From positions 15,009 through 79,008 of the forward strand of contig PFRS01000001.1 of assembly GCA_002788675.1 (NCBI GenBank): DNA of 64,000 bases, in the 5' to 3' direction. The stretch is from Candidatus Pacebacteria bacterium CG_4_9_14_0_2_um_filter_40_15. GTDB lineage: Bacteria; Patescibacteriota; Microgenomatia; UBA1400; PJMF01. Made by a program: the position numbers and the translations under genes. The notes under the pieces are model-generated. The model worked only from the letters and a program-made list of their open reading frames with translations. It searched no databases and was not told the DNA's origin. Below are positions 17,297 to 25,813 of the stretch, one piece after another; position 1 is the stretch's first letter; each line of letters opens with the position of its first letter.

Positions 17297-18331
17297 CTAT
17301 ATTACCTTTTTAATTATTCTCTCAATATCTTTATTTAATTTTTCTCTTTTTTGAGTGACGCTATGACTTCGTTCATTAGACAAATCCTCTGCATGCAGTT
17401 TTGAAAGATTATTTGAGACAAAATGTAGATATCCAAACTGCATGCCCGAATCATGTGCAGCTTTAGCAAAATACCCTATCTCAGAATCAACTAATGAAAA
17501 ATTGCTAAATAACTTAACCCAATCTTTATTCTCAAACAAAACAGAAGGAGAATTAACATGACTCCCCTCAAAGATTAAGTCGAGATCTAGATCTGCAAAT
17601 GGATTTTTCCACTTTATAATCTCACCATTTATATAGCAAATACCACCAGTAGCCAATACCTGGTTTGGAATTATCGACTCATCAATACCACCCACTTTAG
17701 CAGTAAAAAATATTTTCTTATGATGTAATTCGCTAAGATAATGAACAAGTCTATACAAAATGTCTCCCCAAAAACTAAATTGAAGTATTAAATAAGTAAC
17801 ACTTTTTCCATTTGGTAGTGTTTCAACAGCCCAAAGAAATCTATCATTCTCTTGCCAAACTGTAGTTTCATCTGTGAAATTAAACAATCCTGATCCAACA
17901 ACAATTGCATCTGTTACCTCCAGAACATCTAACTCAAGATCATATATTTCTTGCCAACACTCTTCCTGTGACGGCAAAATATAAGTAACATGATCATATT
18001 TTTTCCCCTTAAGTGCTAGATATGAACTTATCAAAGATGCATAGTGTCGGACATAATCTATTCCAGGAAAACATTTAATGTATAGTACATTTTTAACTAC
18101 TTCAGCTGTTGGTCTCTGCCAGTTAGTCAATTTTCCACCTTTTTCGTATTTTGAAATTATGGCGGTTCTATCGTAATTACCCACCACAATAATTTCATCG
18201 TAAAGATCAGTATCAACATCCCTTATCAGATGATGCATCTTTATGTCAATATATTTCCCCAAACTTTTCCCCATACTATGCGTATCTGGATCAATCACAG
18301 TATGTGGATTTAGTTGTCTATTATTTTTCAT
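17297..18331 (-). CDS. Divergent PNP/UDP-phosphorylase-family protein (purine nucleoside phosphorylase or nucleosidase-like fold)
   Basis: YDEIIVVGNYDRTAIISKYE resembles the PNP N-terminal ADVVLMPGDPLRAKYIAE motif. DSEIGYFAKAAHDSGMQFGYLHFVSNN aligns residue-for-residue with the PNP C-terminal [26 protein letters not shown] motif, with Asn in place of the usual Asp as in trimeric PNPs. The gene is AT-rich. Confidence 0.5.
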   Translation of the reverse strand: MKNNRQLNPHTVIDPDTHSMGKSLGKYIDIKMHHLIRDVDTDLYDEIIVVGNYDRTAIISKYEKGGKLTNWQRPTAEVVKNVLYIKCFPGIDYVRHYASLISSYLALKGKKYDHVTYILPSQEECWQEIYDLELDVLEVTDAIVVGSGLFNFTDETTVWQENDRFLWAVETLPNGKSVTYLILQFSFWGDILYRLVHYLSELHHKKIFFTAKVGGIDESIIPNQVLATGGICYINGEIIKWKNPFADLDLDLIFEGSHVNSPSVLFENKDWVKLFSNFSLVDSEIGYFAKAAHDSGMQFGYLHFVSNNLSKLHAEDLSNERSHSVTQKREKLNKDIERIIKKVI

Positions 18332-18430
18332 TGAACTCTCTACTTATCATTACAAAGTCATATCTGGCAATTATACCAAATTAGCACCACAATTGTATCA
18401 TATGAAATCAAGAAGTAGTGAGGATATATT

Positions 18431-18461
18431 GATTTATAGGGTATAATTTAAGTGATATAAT
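18431..18461 (+). promoter_or_regulatory. Candidate sigma70-type promoter for paralog B, inside the AT-rich divergent intergenic region
   Basis: TTGATT (18431-18436), then 16 nt, then an extended -10 TGATATAAT (18453-18461). The ATG lies 27 nt downstream. Confidence 0.3.
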
Positions 18462-18487
18462 AAAAAACTTGTAAAATACAAAAAAAT

Positions 18488-19066
18488 ATGAAAATTTACT
18501 TCACAACATCTGCAAGAGGAGATGAAGTCATTTACTCAAATTCATTGAATATCTATAAAAAAATTAATGACTTAAACCACATACATGTTGATAATTTCTT
18601 TGAAGATATGAACGTCTCGAAGGTCTATTCTGACAATTATGAGGATAAGAAAAAACGATTTATAGATGCAACGAAAAATATCAGAGATGCAGAAATCATT
18701 ATTTTAGAGGTATCAACACATAGTTTATCAATGGGATATTTATTAAAGATGGCGCTCGAAAGTGGAAAGCCTGTAATTCTGCTACATACTCAAAATAAAC
18801 CACCTGCATTTGCTGAAGGCATTGATAATAGTAAACTTCAAATATGGGAATATTCACCAGAAGATATAAAATTTATTTTAACTGACGCAATTGATGCTGC
18901 AAAAAATGAAATAGATGTACGCTTTAACATACTCCTTACATCAGAACTATATGATTACATAAATCAACAAGCTAAAAATTCAAATATCAGTAAGTCTGCA
19001 TTCATAAGAGATTTAATTAACAACAATAAAAATAAAGACCTAGCAGCGGCATACAAAATAGAGTAA
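18488..19066 (+). CDS. Paralog B: NDT/DNPH1-like domain fused to RHH, with the catalytic Glu replaced (GYLL in place of GYEL). Probably an inactive sensor or regulator version.
   Basis: Collinear with paralog A at roughly 35-40% identity over 190 aa (for example KLQIxxY, DVRFN, SxxYIRxLI). The core is HSLSMGYLLKMALESGKPVILL, and the RHH segment is DVRFNILLTSELYDYINQQAKNSNISKSAFIRDLIN. GC content is very low, under 30%. Confidence 0.5.
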   Translation: MKIYFTTSARGDEVIYSNSLNIYKKINDLNHIHVDNFFEDMNVSKVYSDNYEDKKKRFIDATKNIRDAEIIILEVSTHSLSMGYLLKMALESGKPVILLHTQNKPPAFAEGIDNSKLQIWEYSPEDIKFILTDAIDAAKNEIDVRFNILLTSELYDYINQQAKNSNISKSAFIRDLINNNKNKDLAAAYKIE

Positions 19067-19068
19067 AA

Positions 19069-19653
19069 TTGAAAGTAGAGAAGAGCAGAAATTTAGTAGG
19101 ACTGAGCGGAATTTTTATGCAACACAGTGATTATCAAAAAAACTCACAGAATGGCTTTACTTTAATCGAGCTACTTATCGTGACTGCGCTGATGGTAATT
19201 CTCACACTCACTGTTTCAGCAATGTTCATGACGTTCATGGTTACTAATGCTCGCACAAATACAAAGAATACTCTCAAGGTTGAAGGTTCGTATGCATTGT
19301 CGCAAATTGAATTTATGCTACGAAATTCATACAAGTTAGTTGAAAATTCTGATACACAAGTGTGTCAAGGTAATATGGACCGCATTGCACTTGAATCTAT
19401 TGATGGAGGACAAACGGAGTTTTTCCTTGATACATCCGTAACGCCACCAAAGATTGCCTCAAACAGTGGTACCTATTTAACTTCTGATACTGTTCAAGTC
19501 GCTAACTTACAGTTTGATTGTTCCGAAAGATATAGTGGTGAACGATCAGTAACAATTGATTTTGACCTCAGCAAAGTTGTTCCATCAATTTCCAATACCA
19601 CTAGTGAAGAATCGTCACAACACTTCTCATCGGTTGTCTCACTGCGCAACTAA
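19069..19653 (+). CDS. Type IV pilin-like protein on the opposite strand to the rest of the pilin cluster. An alternative start is the ATG at 19117.
   Basis: Class III signal-peptide / N-methylation motif QNGFTLIELLIVTALMVIL. The start overlaps the stop of paralog B with a 2-nt gap. Confidence 0.55.
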   Translation: MKVEKSRNLVGLSGIFMQHSDYQKNSQNGFTLIELLIVTALMVILTLTVSAMFMTFMVTNARTNTKNTLKVEGSYALSQIEFMLRNSYKLVENSDTQVCQGNMDRIALESIDGGQTEFFLDTSVTPPKIASNSGTYLTSDTVQVANLQFDCSERYSGERSVTIDFDLSKVVPSISNTTSEESSQHFSSVVSLRN

Positions 19654-19677
19654 TGTAAGAAAAAAGCAACATACTTT

Positions 19678-20172
19678 TTACTGTCTGGTGAAATCTTTAA
19701 ATGTCTGTGTAACCTTTACATCACTCGTAACACCCGATTTACGCTCCCAGCTTACCGTAATTTCGGCTGAGACGTCAGGACTCGCTCCAGATTGTTTTGT
19801 TAATACAACAGAACGATTAAAATCAAGATTAGACTCGGTTACTATGCACAAATTTTGATTCGTGGTAAGTTCAGTCAGTGAAGACATTCCTGTGGGCATA
19901 CAGAATGTTCCTGGAGTAATCGAATCATGGAACGTTATCCATCCCAAATTACCTCGCTCTGAACGAAGTGTCTCCATTCCTTGTTGAGCCAAAACAGTTG
20001 CAATTTCACGATACCGAGCTTCAGAATTGTTTTTTACTGAGCTGGAAACACCGGCTGCAACAGCAGTTACCACGGTTCCCACAATCATGGTAGCAATAAG
20101 AAGTTCAATAAGCGTTGAACCCTTTTTAAAATTTTTCCGTTGTTTCTTAAGAAATTTTTTAATTATAAGCAT
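19678..20172 (-). CDS. Pseudopilin or minor pilin
   Basis: Prepilin N-terminus KKGSTLIELLIATMIVGTVV. Confidence 0.6.
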   Translation of the reverse strand: MLIIKKFLKKQRKNFKKGSTLIELLIATMIVGTVVTAVAAGVSSSVKNNSEARYREIATVLAQQGMETLRSERGNLGWITFHDSITPGTFCMPTGMSSLTELTTNQNLCIVTESNLDFNRSVVLTKQSGASPDVSAEITVSWERKSGVTSDVKVTQTFKDFTRQ

Positions 20173-20687
20173 GTGGTACTTCCTGAACTAACTACAAAAC
20201 AACCTTCAGAAATTTCACCTGAATCTTTTACTTCAAATGCGTAATAGGTATTATTTCCTTCAATGTGAATAAAGTTGCTTGCTGGTGACGTCACCAAAGC
20301 AGAACCTGTGAGGGTATAGAATGTAATGTCCATTGCTGTTACTGTCACGCCAGATTGTATTTCGTATACATCTCTATTTTGACCTTCTGTAAGTGAAAAT
20401 TTACTTGTTCCACACAGAATCTTACTCTCAAGAGAAGTTCCATTCGTTTTAACTTTGTAGCCTTGCAACACACATCCTGCTTGGTTTGGATTGTCGCGGA
20501 CGCGCGCGCGCGTCCGCGCACTCTCCAGCTGCTGTTTAACTTCACTCATCGTATTCGCCACATTTTGACGATCATTAAATTTAAAAAATCCAGCAATACT
20601 CCCACCAAAAAGCACCAGCATAATTGAAACTGTAATAATCATTTCAATCAGGGTAAGACCAGATTGAGATTGTTTCGGCGTTAACAT
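20163..20687 (-). CDS. Pseudopilin or minor pilin
   Basis: Prepilin N-terminus SQSGLTLIEMIITVSIMLVLFG. Confidence 0.6.
   Translation of the reverse strand: MLTPKQSQSGLTLIEMIITVSIMLVLFGGSIAGFFKFNDRQNVANTMSEVKQQLESARTRARVRDNPNQAGCVLQGYKVKTNGTSLESKILCGTSKFSLTEGQNRDVYEIQSGVTVTAMDITFYTLTGSALVTSPASNFIHIEGNNTYYAFEVKDSGEISEGCFVVSSGSTTCL
20495..20518. repeat. 24-bp perfect palindrome of alternating CG (cgcggacgcgcgcgcgcgtccgcg) inside the pseudopilin coding sequence
   Basis: Direct reading; its reverse complement is identical. It encodes ..ARTRARVRD.. on the minus strand. Confidence 0.9.
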
Positions 20688-20726
20688 AGCGAGCAGGCTT
20701 TCATACCGTTTTATACTGGTAAAATC

Positions 20727-21152
20727 TTAAGGATTCGACACACAGTACCCATTTGTAGGTGCTGAACATCCAGATGCTCCTCCAGCATTTGCTGAATTTT
20801 CCATCGAGGCGCATACACAAAAGTCAGATCCCGCTGAAGAATAAGAATACACATTTGGCGCAGTTCCTTTAGGATCAGTTGGTGCAGGGGACGTTAGGTA
20901 ATCCAGATCGATGAGTCTTGTTGTCATAGTTCCATATACTGAACCAGTTGGGTAGCTTCCTAAGTCTGCACGATATAAAACCAATCCTTGGCGAACGGTC
21001 TCTAGATCTGCTTTGCGTTTTGCATCTCGAGAATTTCTACCTGCACTTTGGAAACTCACTAAGCCAATTGTTGTGAGCACAATAATTATTGTTGCCACAA
21101 CAAGGAGTTCAATTAAACTAAAACCTGATGATTGTGAATATTTTTTTAGCAT
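20727..21152 (-). CDS. Type IV pilin or minor pilin
   Basis: SSGFSLIELLVVATIIIVLTTIGL prepilin N-terminus, with C-terminal Cys pairs. Confidence 0.6.
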   Translation of the reverse strand: MLKKYSQSSGFSLIELLVVATIIIVLTTIGLVSFQSAGRNSRDAKRKADLETVRQGLVLYRADLGSYPTGSVYGTMTTRLIDLDYLTSPAPTDPKGTAPNVYSYSSAGSDFCVCASMENSANAGGASGCSAPTNGYCVSNP

Positions 21153-21162
21153 AAAAACGTCC

Positions 21163-21597
21163 TTATTGTTGGTTCACCACACAGTAATAACTACCAGCCG
21201 TACCTAGACCAGCGCAGGATCCATTAGTTGCATTTCCATTTGTGTTACCGGATGGTTCAAGTTGGGCACACACACAGTAGGTATTCGCGACCGCATTCGA
21301 AACACATGGGTATGCCGCACCACTTTTGGGATCTGTTGGCAGCGAGCTACCTGGAAGTGAAGAAGCCATAGTACTGCAGTTTGCAGCATAGTTACTGCTT
21401 GTGGCTGCATAGTATTGTTCGAAGGATTTAGAGATTGAATTTACATCTCCCTGACGCTTAGCATTACGTGCCTTTTGCTGGGCAGTGGTAAATGCAGCCG
21501 CGCTAATTGCGATAAGAATACCAATAATTGAAATAACGACCAATAATTCTAGGAGTGTAAATCCTAAAGATGTTTTTTTTCTGTGCAAAATGTGCAT
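21163..21597 (-). CDS. Type IV pilin or minor pilin. The start is trimmed to the ATG at 21597 (MHILHRKKTSLGFTLLELLVV).
   Basis: Prepilin motif GFTLLELLVVISIIGILIAI. A GGAAG SD sits 5 nt upstream of that ATG. The ORF tracker's longer N-terminus needs a TTG start with no RBS. Confidence 0.55.
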   Translation of the reverse strand: MHILHRKKTSLGFTLLELLVVISIIGILIAISAAAFTTAQQKARNAKRQGDVNSISKSFEQYYAATSSNYAANCSTMASSLPGSSLPTDPKSGAAYPCVSNAVANTYCVCAQLEPSGNTNGNATNGSCAGLGTAGSYYCVVNQQ

Positions 21598-21655
21598 ATT
21601 CTTCCTTTTATATCTAATCCTCATTCTAGGCAGAGTACTGCCTAAAAGCAAGCTG

Positions 21656-22612
21656 CTACTGTATTGTTACTTTTACTTTACTCACTTCTGTGACTGCCGA
21701 TTCGATTCCCCAGTTATCAACTAGGGTCAGCGTAGCTGTAAATTCACATTTAGGTTGAGTGCAGGCATACTTGTGCATCATAGTTCCTGTATCGGTGGTT
21801 AACGAATCTTTTGCTCCATCTCCATAGTCGATAGCTGCGGTGACTGTGTTACCTTTCCCAGGATCACTTACATATGAGAACTCAATTGTCTCTCCTTTAT
21901 TCACTGCAAGTGCTCTAGTTTGAAAATCATAAAATGGACTGGTAGTAAAAGAGAGCACAAGTGGACGAGTCACACACTGGGAGTAACAACTCTTTTCGCA
22001 TCCAGCTAAACCACTAATGGTACTACCTACACCTTTTTCTGCCACACCATCACAACAAAAATAGCCGTAGCCCGTACAGGAAGTCACTGGACCGTTGTCA
22101 AAGTCATTAATCGAGAAATCCTCAATCAGAGTACCGGCTGACGCTGCAACCGTTGCTGATCGGGTAATAAAGGTAGGTTCAAAAAAGAGCCAACTGGCAA
22201 AAAGATCTTCAACGTCTCTAAACACTTCAAGCTCAACTGCACTTTGTTCTGGTGAAAGGGTAAATCCTGACCCACCCTGTTTTTTGGTCACAAATGGAGG
22301 CAGTACTTTTTTATTAAGCAAAACTGGATCGATAGAGTTCTGCACACAGTTAACTTCAAGTACGTACTCTGTGTCACTAATGAACCTAAGCTGCAATGTT
22401 GGGTTTGTACCAGTAACATTTTCTGACAGTCCTTTTGCACGACAGCTACTGGCAGTGGTTCCTTTATGAGAAACTAAGACTAATTCAGCAATCGATTTTT
22501 TTAAGGTATGGGTTGCAGTCAAAAGTAAAGCTTCTCGTGCAACGAGAAACACACCAACAACAAGGAGTAACAGTAGAAAGGTATACTTAGCAAAAAAAGC
22601 TAAAATGCGCAT
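21656..22612 (-). CDS. Membrane-anchored, cysteine-rich secreted protein encoded inside the pilus gene cluster
   Basis: N-terminal TM/signal anchor (FLLLLLVVGVFLV), a Cys-rich segment (CTGYGYFCCDG...CEKSCYSQC) and a C-terminal beta-rich region. Confidence 0.45.
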   Translation of the reverse strand: MRILAFFAKYTFLLLLLVVGVFLVAREALLLTATHTLKKSIAELVLVSHKGTTASSCRAKGLSENVTGTNPTLQLRFISDTEYVLEVNCVQNSIDPVLLNKKVLPPFVTKKQGGSGFTLSPEQSAVELEVFRDVEDLFASWLFFEPTFITRSATVAASAGTLIEDFSINDFDNGPVTSCTGYGYFCCDGVAEKGVGSTISGLAGCEKSCYSQCVTRPLVLSFTTSPFYDFQTRALAVNKGETIEFSYVSDPGKGNTVTAAIDYGDGAKDSLTTDTGTMMHKYACTQPKCEFTATLTLVDNWGIESAVTEVSKVKVTIQ

Positions 22613-22674
22613 ATTTATATAGTACTAGATATATATGGCACTTGTCACCCCTCTGAAAAGCAAAAACTCCGATC

Positions 22675-23493
22675 TCACAAAATAAAAGTAAGGTACCAGG
22701 CAAAAATTTCATGACCCCACAATAGGCCAATGACTGTACCAATAATCAAAAACGGACCAAAAGGAATTGGTTGCTTCATTTTCTTTTTTCCAACCAACAC
22801 AAATCCAATACCCACAACTGCTCCAACAATAAATGATGCAAACAATCCAATTATGAGCGAAGGCCAACCCATGAGCAGTGAAAGTGGTGCAATGAGCTTA
22901 ACATCCCCAAAGCCCAAACCTCTGCCTCGGGTAAAGTACCAGAGGGAAAAGAAAAAGAGCACAGCACCCACCATTCCCAGCACAGAATAGAGAAAATCGA
23001 GTGGCTGCATAATACCTGCCCAAAGTAATGCACCTTGATACACAACCACCAATGCCGATAATGCTATAACTGCTTTATCGGGAATTAAAAAAACCAGAAT
23101 ATCGGTAAAGAAAATTACAATCAGGATCGCTGCCACTGCCAGCCAGAAAAGTGGCTGCAGCACTACAAACGGTTCTTGGGTTAACTTAAAAAAGAGAGAA
23201 AAGCCAATATACCACCACAAAAAGAGCACACCTGTTAACCCCTCAACAATGGGATGAGAAATAGCTATTGCCTCTTTGCAGTGTCGGCATCGGCCACCTA
23301 AAACCAAGTATGAAAGTAATGGGATATTGTCATACCAGGCAATTGTTTTTCCACAAATATCGCAATGAGAGCGTCCAGTCACCCACGACTCATCTCGTAT
23401 GGATCTGACAATCACCACATTTAAAAAGCTACCAAAGACTATTCCAAGTAGAAATATAAAGAGAGCGGGTAACAAAAAAGTGAGCAATGCCAT
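22675..23493 (-). CDS. pilD: Prepilin peptidase / N-methyltransferase PilD (A24 family)
   Basis: Zinc-binding CDICGKTI...CRHCK pairs, the catalytic Asp motif in GFGDVKL, and a multi-TM protein of 272 aa. Confidence 0.8.
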   Translation of the reverse strand: MALLTFLLPALFIFLLGIVFGSFLNVVIVRSIRDESWVTGRSHCDICGKTIAWYDNIPLLSYLVLGGRCRHCKEAIAISHPIVEGLTGVLFLWWYIGFSLFFKLTQEPFVVLQPLFWLAVAAILIVIFFTDILVFLIPDKAVIALSALVVVYQGALLWAGIMQPLDFLYSVLGMVGAVLFFFSLWYFTRGRGLGFGDVKLIAPLSLLMGWPSLIIGLFASFIVGAVVGIGFVLVGKKKMKQPIPFGPFLIIGTVIGLLWGHEIFAWYLTFIL

Positions 23494-23600
23494 GGCGAAT
23501 TTTAGTATAACACTAGGTTAGAGGAAAAGGAAAGAAAAGAGCCGCGGCGCTTTGCGCCGCGGCTTCATATTTCAAATCTAACTTACATTTGACTGGTCTC

Positions 23601-24266
23601 TTATGGGAGACAGATCATCATAAGGGTTGGATCAGTCGCATATCCTCCACACACCTCATCTGCTATACCAGCCATGTCATTTGGTAAACCAGTTCCTGTT
23701 GCATCTTGGCAGCGAGTTTCAGCTTCCTGAACAAAAGCTCCAGATTGTGGAGTGAAACACACGTAGGTACTCGAACCTTGGGCCCCATCATTGTAAATAT
23801 ACAAAGGGTTAGCACCAGTATCAGTGACACGTGAAGTAAATGATTCTTTAACTTCAAGCGATCCTGTACATGCATCTGTTGCAGCAGCATCACCCGTTCC
23901 CAAACGAAGTAGCACTGAACAGTCATTAGCTGTTGCTGCAGCACCACCAACGAACCAAGCATCAGTCACCTGTAATGGGCCACCGGCGCCATCGTCGATA
24001 GTGTGATCATCGGTTGGGTTATACACCCATGGATAATATCCTTGGAAAGCGTTAAAACGGTCGATTGCACTAAGCAATTGTTCTGCATCAGAACGAGAGC
24101 CAGTGTCGCGACCACGGTTAATTTGTTCAACCGGATTAATTGCTGAAAGAACAGCAACTGCTAAAATACCTAAAATTGAGATCACGATCAACAGTTCGAT
24201 CATGGTAAAACCTGCGGCACTTCGAGCCGAGGCTAAAAATGAGTTGAGTCTTGTGGACAGTTTCAT
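23601..24266 (-). CDS. Type IV pilin; the major pilin is the likely candidate
   Basis: GFTMIELLIVISILGILAVAVLSAI N-terminus, 221 aa. It lies at the head of the pilin/pilD block behind a long AT-rich upstream region. Confidence 0.65.
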   Translation of the reverse strand: MKLSTRLNSFLASARSAAGFTMIELLIVISILGILAVAVLSAINPVEQINRGRDTGSRSDAEQLLSAIDRFNAFQGYYPWVYNPTDDHTIDDGAGGPLQVTDAWFVGGAAATANDCSVLLRLGTGDAAATDACTGSLEVKESFTSRVTDTGANPLYIYNDGAQGSSTYVCFTPQSGAFVQEAETRCQDATGTGLPNDMAGIADEVCGGYATDPTLMMICLP

Positions 24267-24592
24267 ATGTTAGTACCTCTTACTACTTTCTTACTATATT
24301 TTCTTCATGTATTACTACGTACATCCACTTTATACTAAATTACTTGCTCTTGGCAAGTGGCATTCATTTAACCGAGCGCTAGTGTTCAGTGAACACCTAC
24401 ACACTGTGTATGCCTTCTAACATCGCTATTGGACATTAGCAGAACAAACTGTTGACTGCTAATTTTTAACAATACTTGTTTTACTTGCTAAATCAATCAT
24501 TTTTTTGATATATTTTGTTCGTATTAACTTCGGAAATGCTCACCTTTTGCTCCATTAAAAGTTATATTTTTTTTCACTTTCAAGCAAAAAAA

Positions 24593-25792
24593 TTAGAACT
24601 GACTGGTCAAGTTGTAAATTGGCATGATCACAGCAATAACCATTGCACCCACGCCCACGCCCAGTACCACCATAATCAGAGGTTCCATAGCGGCAGTCAA
24701 GTTTTTGACAGCTTGCTCTGCCTCTTGTTCAAAGTATTTTGAAAGTTTGAAGAGCACGTCGTCAAGTTTACCGGTTTCTTCACCAACGGCAATCATCTGC
24801 TGCAAGATAGGGGGGAACTCTTCATAGCGAGCAATAGACTGACTTAAAGAAACACCTTTTTCAACTTGCTTAGTTGCTTCTTTTAAAGCATCGCGATATA
24901 TTTCATTTTCGACACCTTCAGTCACAATTTCAAGCGCCTGAAGCAATGAAATACCCGAGCCCAACAAGAGAGAAAGTGTTCGAGAAAACTCAGTCAAAAT
25001 TGTCTTTTGACGTAAGATACCAAAAATTGGTACTCTCAAAACAAAACGATCCCATTGTTTTCGACCGATTGGTGTTTTTTTCCAGCGATTAAAGAGCATA
25101 AATCCACCAAAAGCACCACCTAAAACGAGGTACCAGAATTTGACCATGAAGTCAGAAATACCAATCAAAATCATTGTTGGAAGCGGGAGTTCTGCACCAA
25201 AGTCTCGGTACATTTCAGTCAGTTTTGGAATAACAAAGATCATCATGATGAATCCTACTGCAACCATTGCTGTAACCACGATGATTGGATAAATCATGGC
25301 ACCTTTGGTTTTTGCTCGGAATTCCTTTTGCTTTTCCATATTATCGGCAAGACGGTTAAGCACTTCATCAAGCACACCACCGGTTTCACCAGCTCTGACT
25401 AATTGAACATAGACTCGCGAAAAGACATCTTGTTTTTCAAGCGAAGAAGCAAACGTATTACCACCTTCAACATCCTGAAGCAGTACCGCCACCATACGAG
25501 ACATCTCAGACTTGCTTTGCCTAACAAGGATCGATAAGCCATTTGCCAAGGGGAGTCCTGCCGTAATCATTGTTGCGAGCTGACGAGTAAAATTAACAAT
25601 ATCATCTTGCTTCACACCAAAAAGCATATTACTAATTGCTGCAAATGATTGTTCTGTAAGAGGATTTAGCTTAATAACTAGTAAGCCACGACTCTGGAGT
25701 AGCGCAGCTGCTTGCTCAATTCCTTGAGATTCAACTTTTCCAGAGATATTTTCTCCGAACTGGTTTTTGGCAGTGTACTTAAAAAATGGCAT
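24593..25792 (-). CDS. pilC: Type IV pilus platform protein PilC (GspF family)
   Basis: 399 aa with two repeats of the GspF-family domain, three TM segments, and adjacency to pilT and pilB. Confidence 0.85.
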   Translation of the reverse strand: MPFFKYTAKNQFGENISGKVESQGIEQAAALLQSRGLLVIKLNPLTEQSFAAISNMLFGVKQDDIVNFTRQLATMITAGLPLANGLSILVRQSKSEMSRMVAVLLQDVEGGNTFASSLEKQDVFSRVYVQLVRAGETGGVLDEVLNRLADNMEKQKEFRAKTKGAMIYPIIVVTAMVAVGFIMMIFVIPKLTEMYRDFGAELPLPTMILIGISDFMVKFWYLVLGGAFGGFMLFNRWKKTPIGRKQWDRFVLRVPIFGILRQKTILTEFSRTLSLLLGSGISLLQALEIVTEGVENEIYRDALKEATKQVEKGVSLSQSIARYEEFPPILQQMIAVGEETGKLDDVLFKLSKYFEQEAEQAVKNLTAAMEPLIMVVLGVGVGAMVIAVIMPIYNLTSQF

Positions 25793-25813
25793 AGTTCCTA
25801 TCCTGAACGAATA

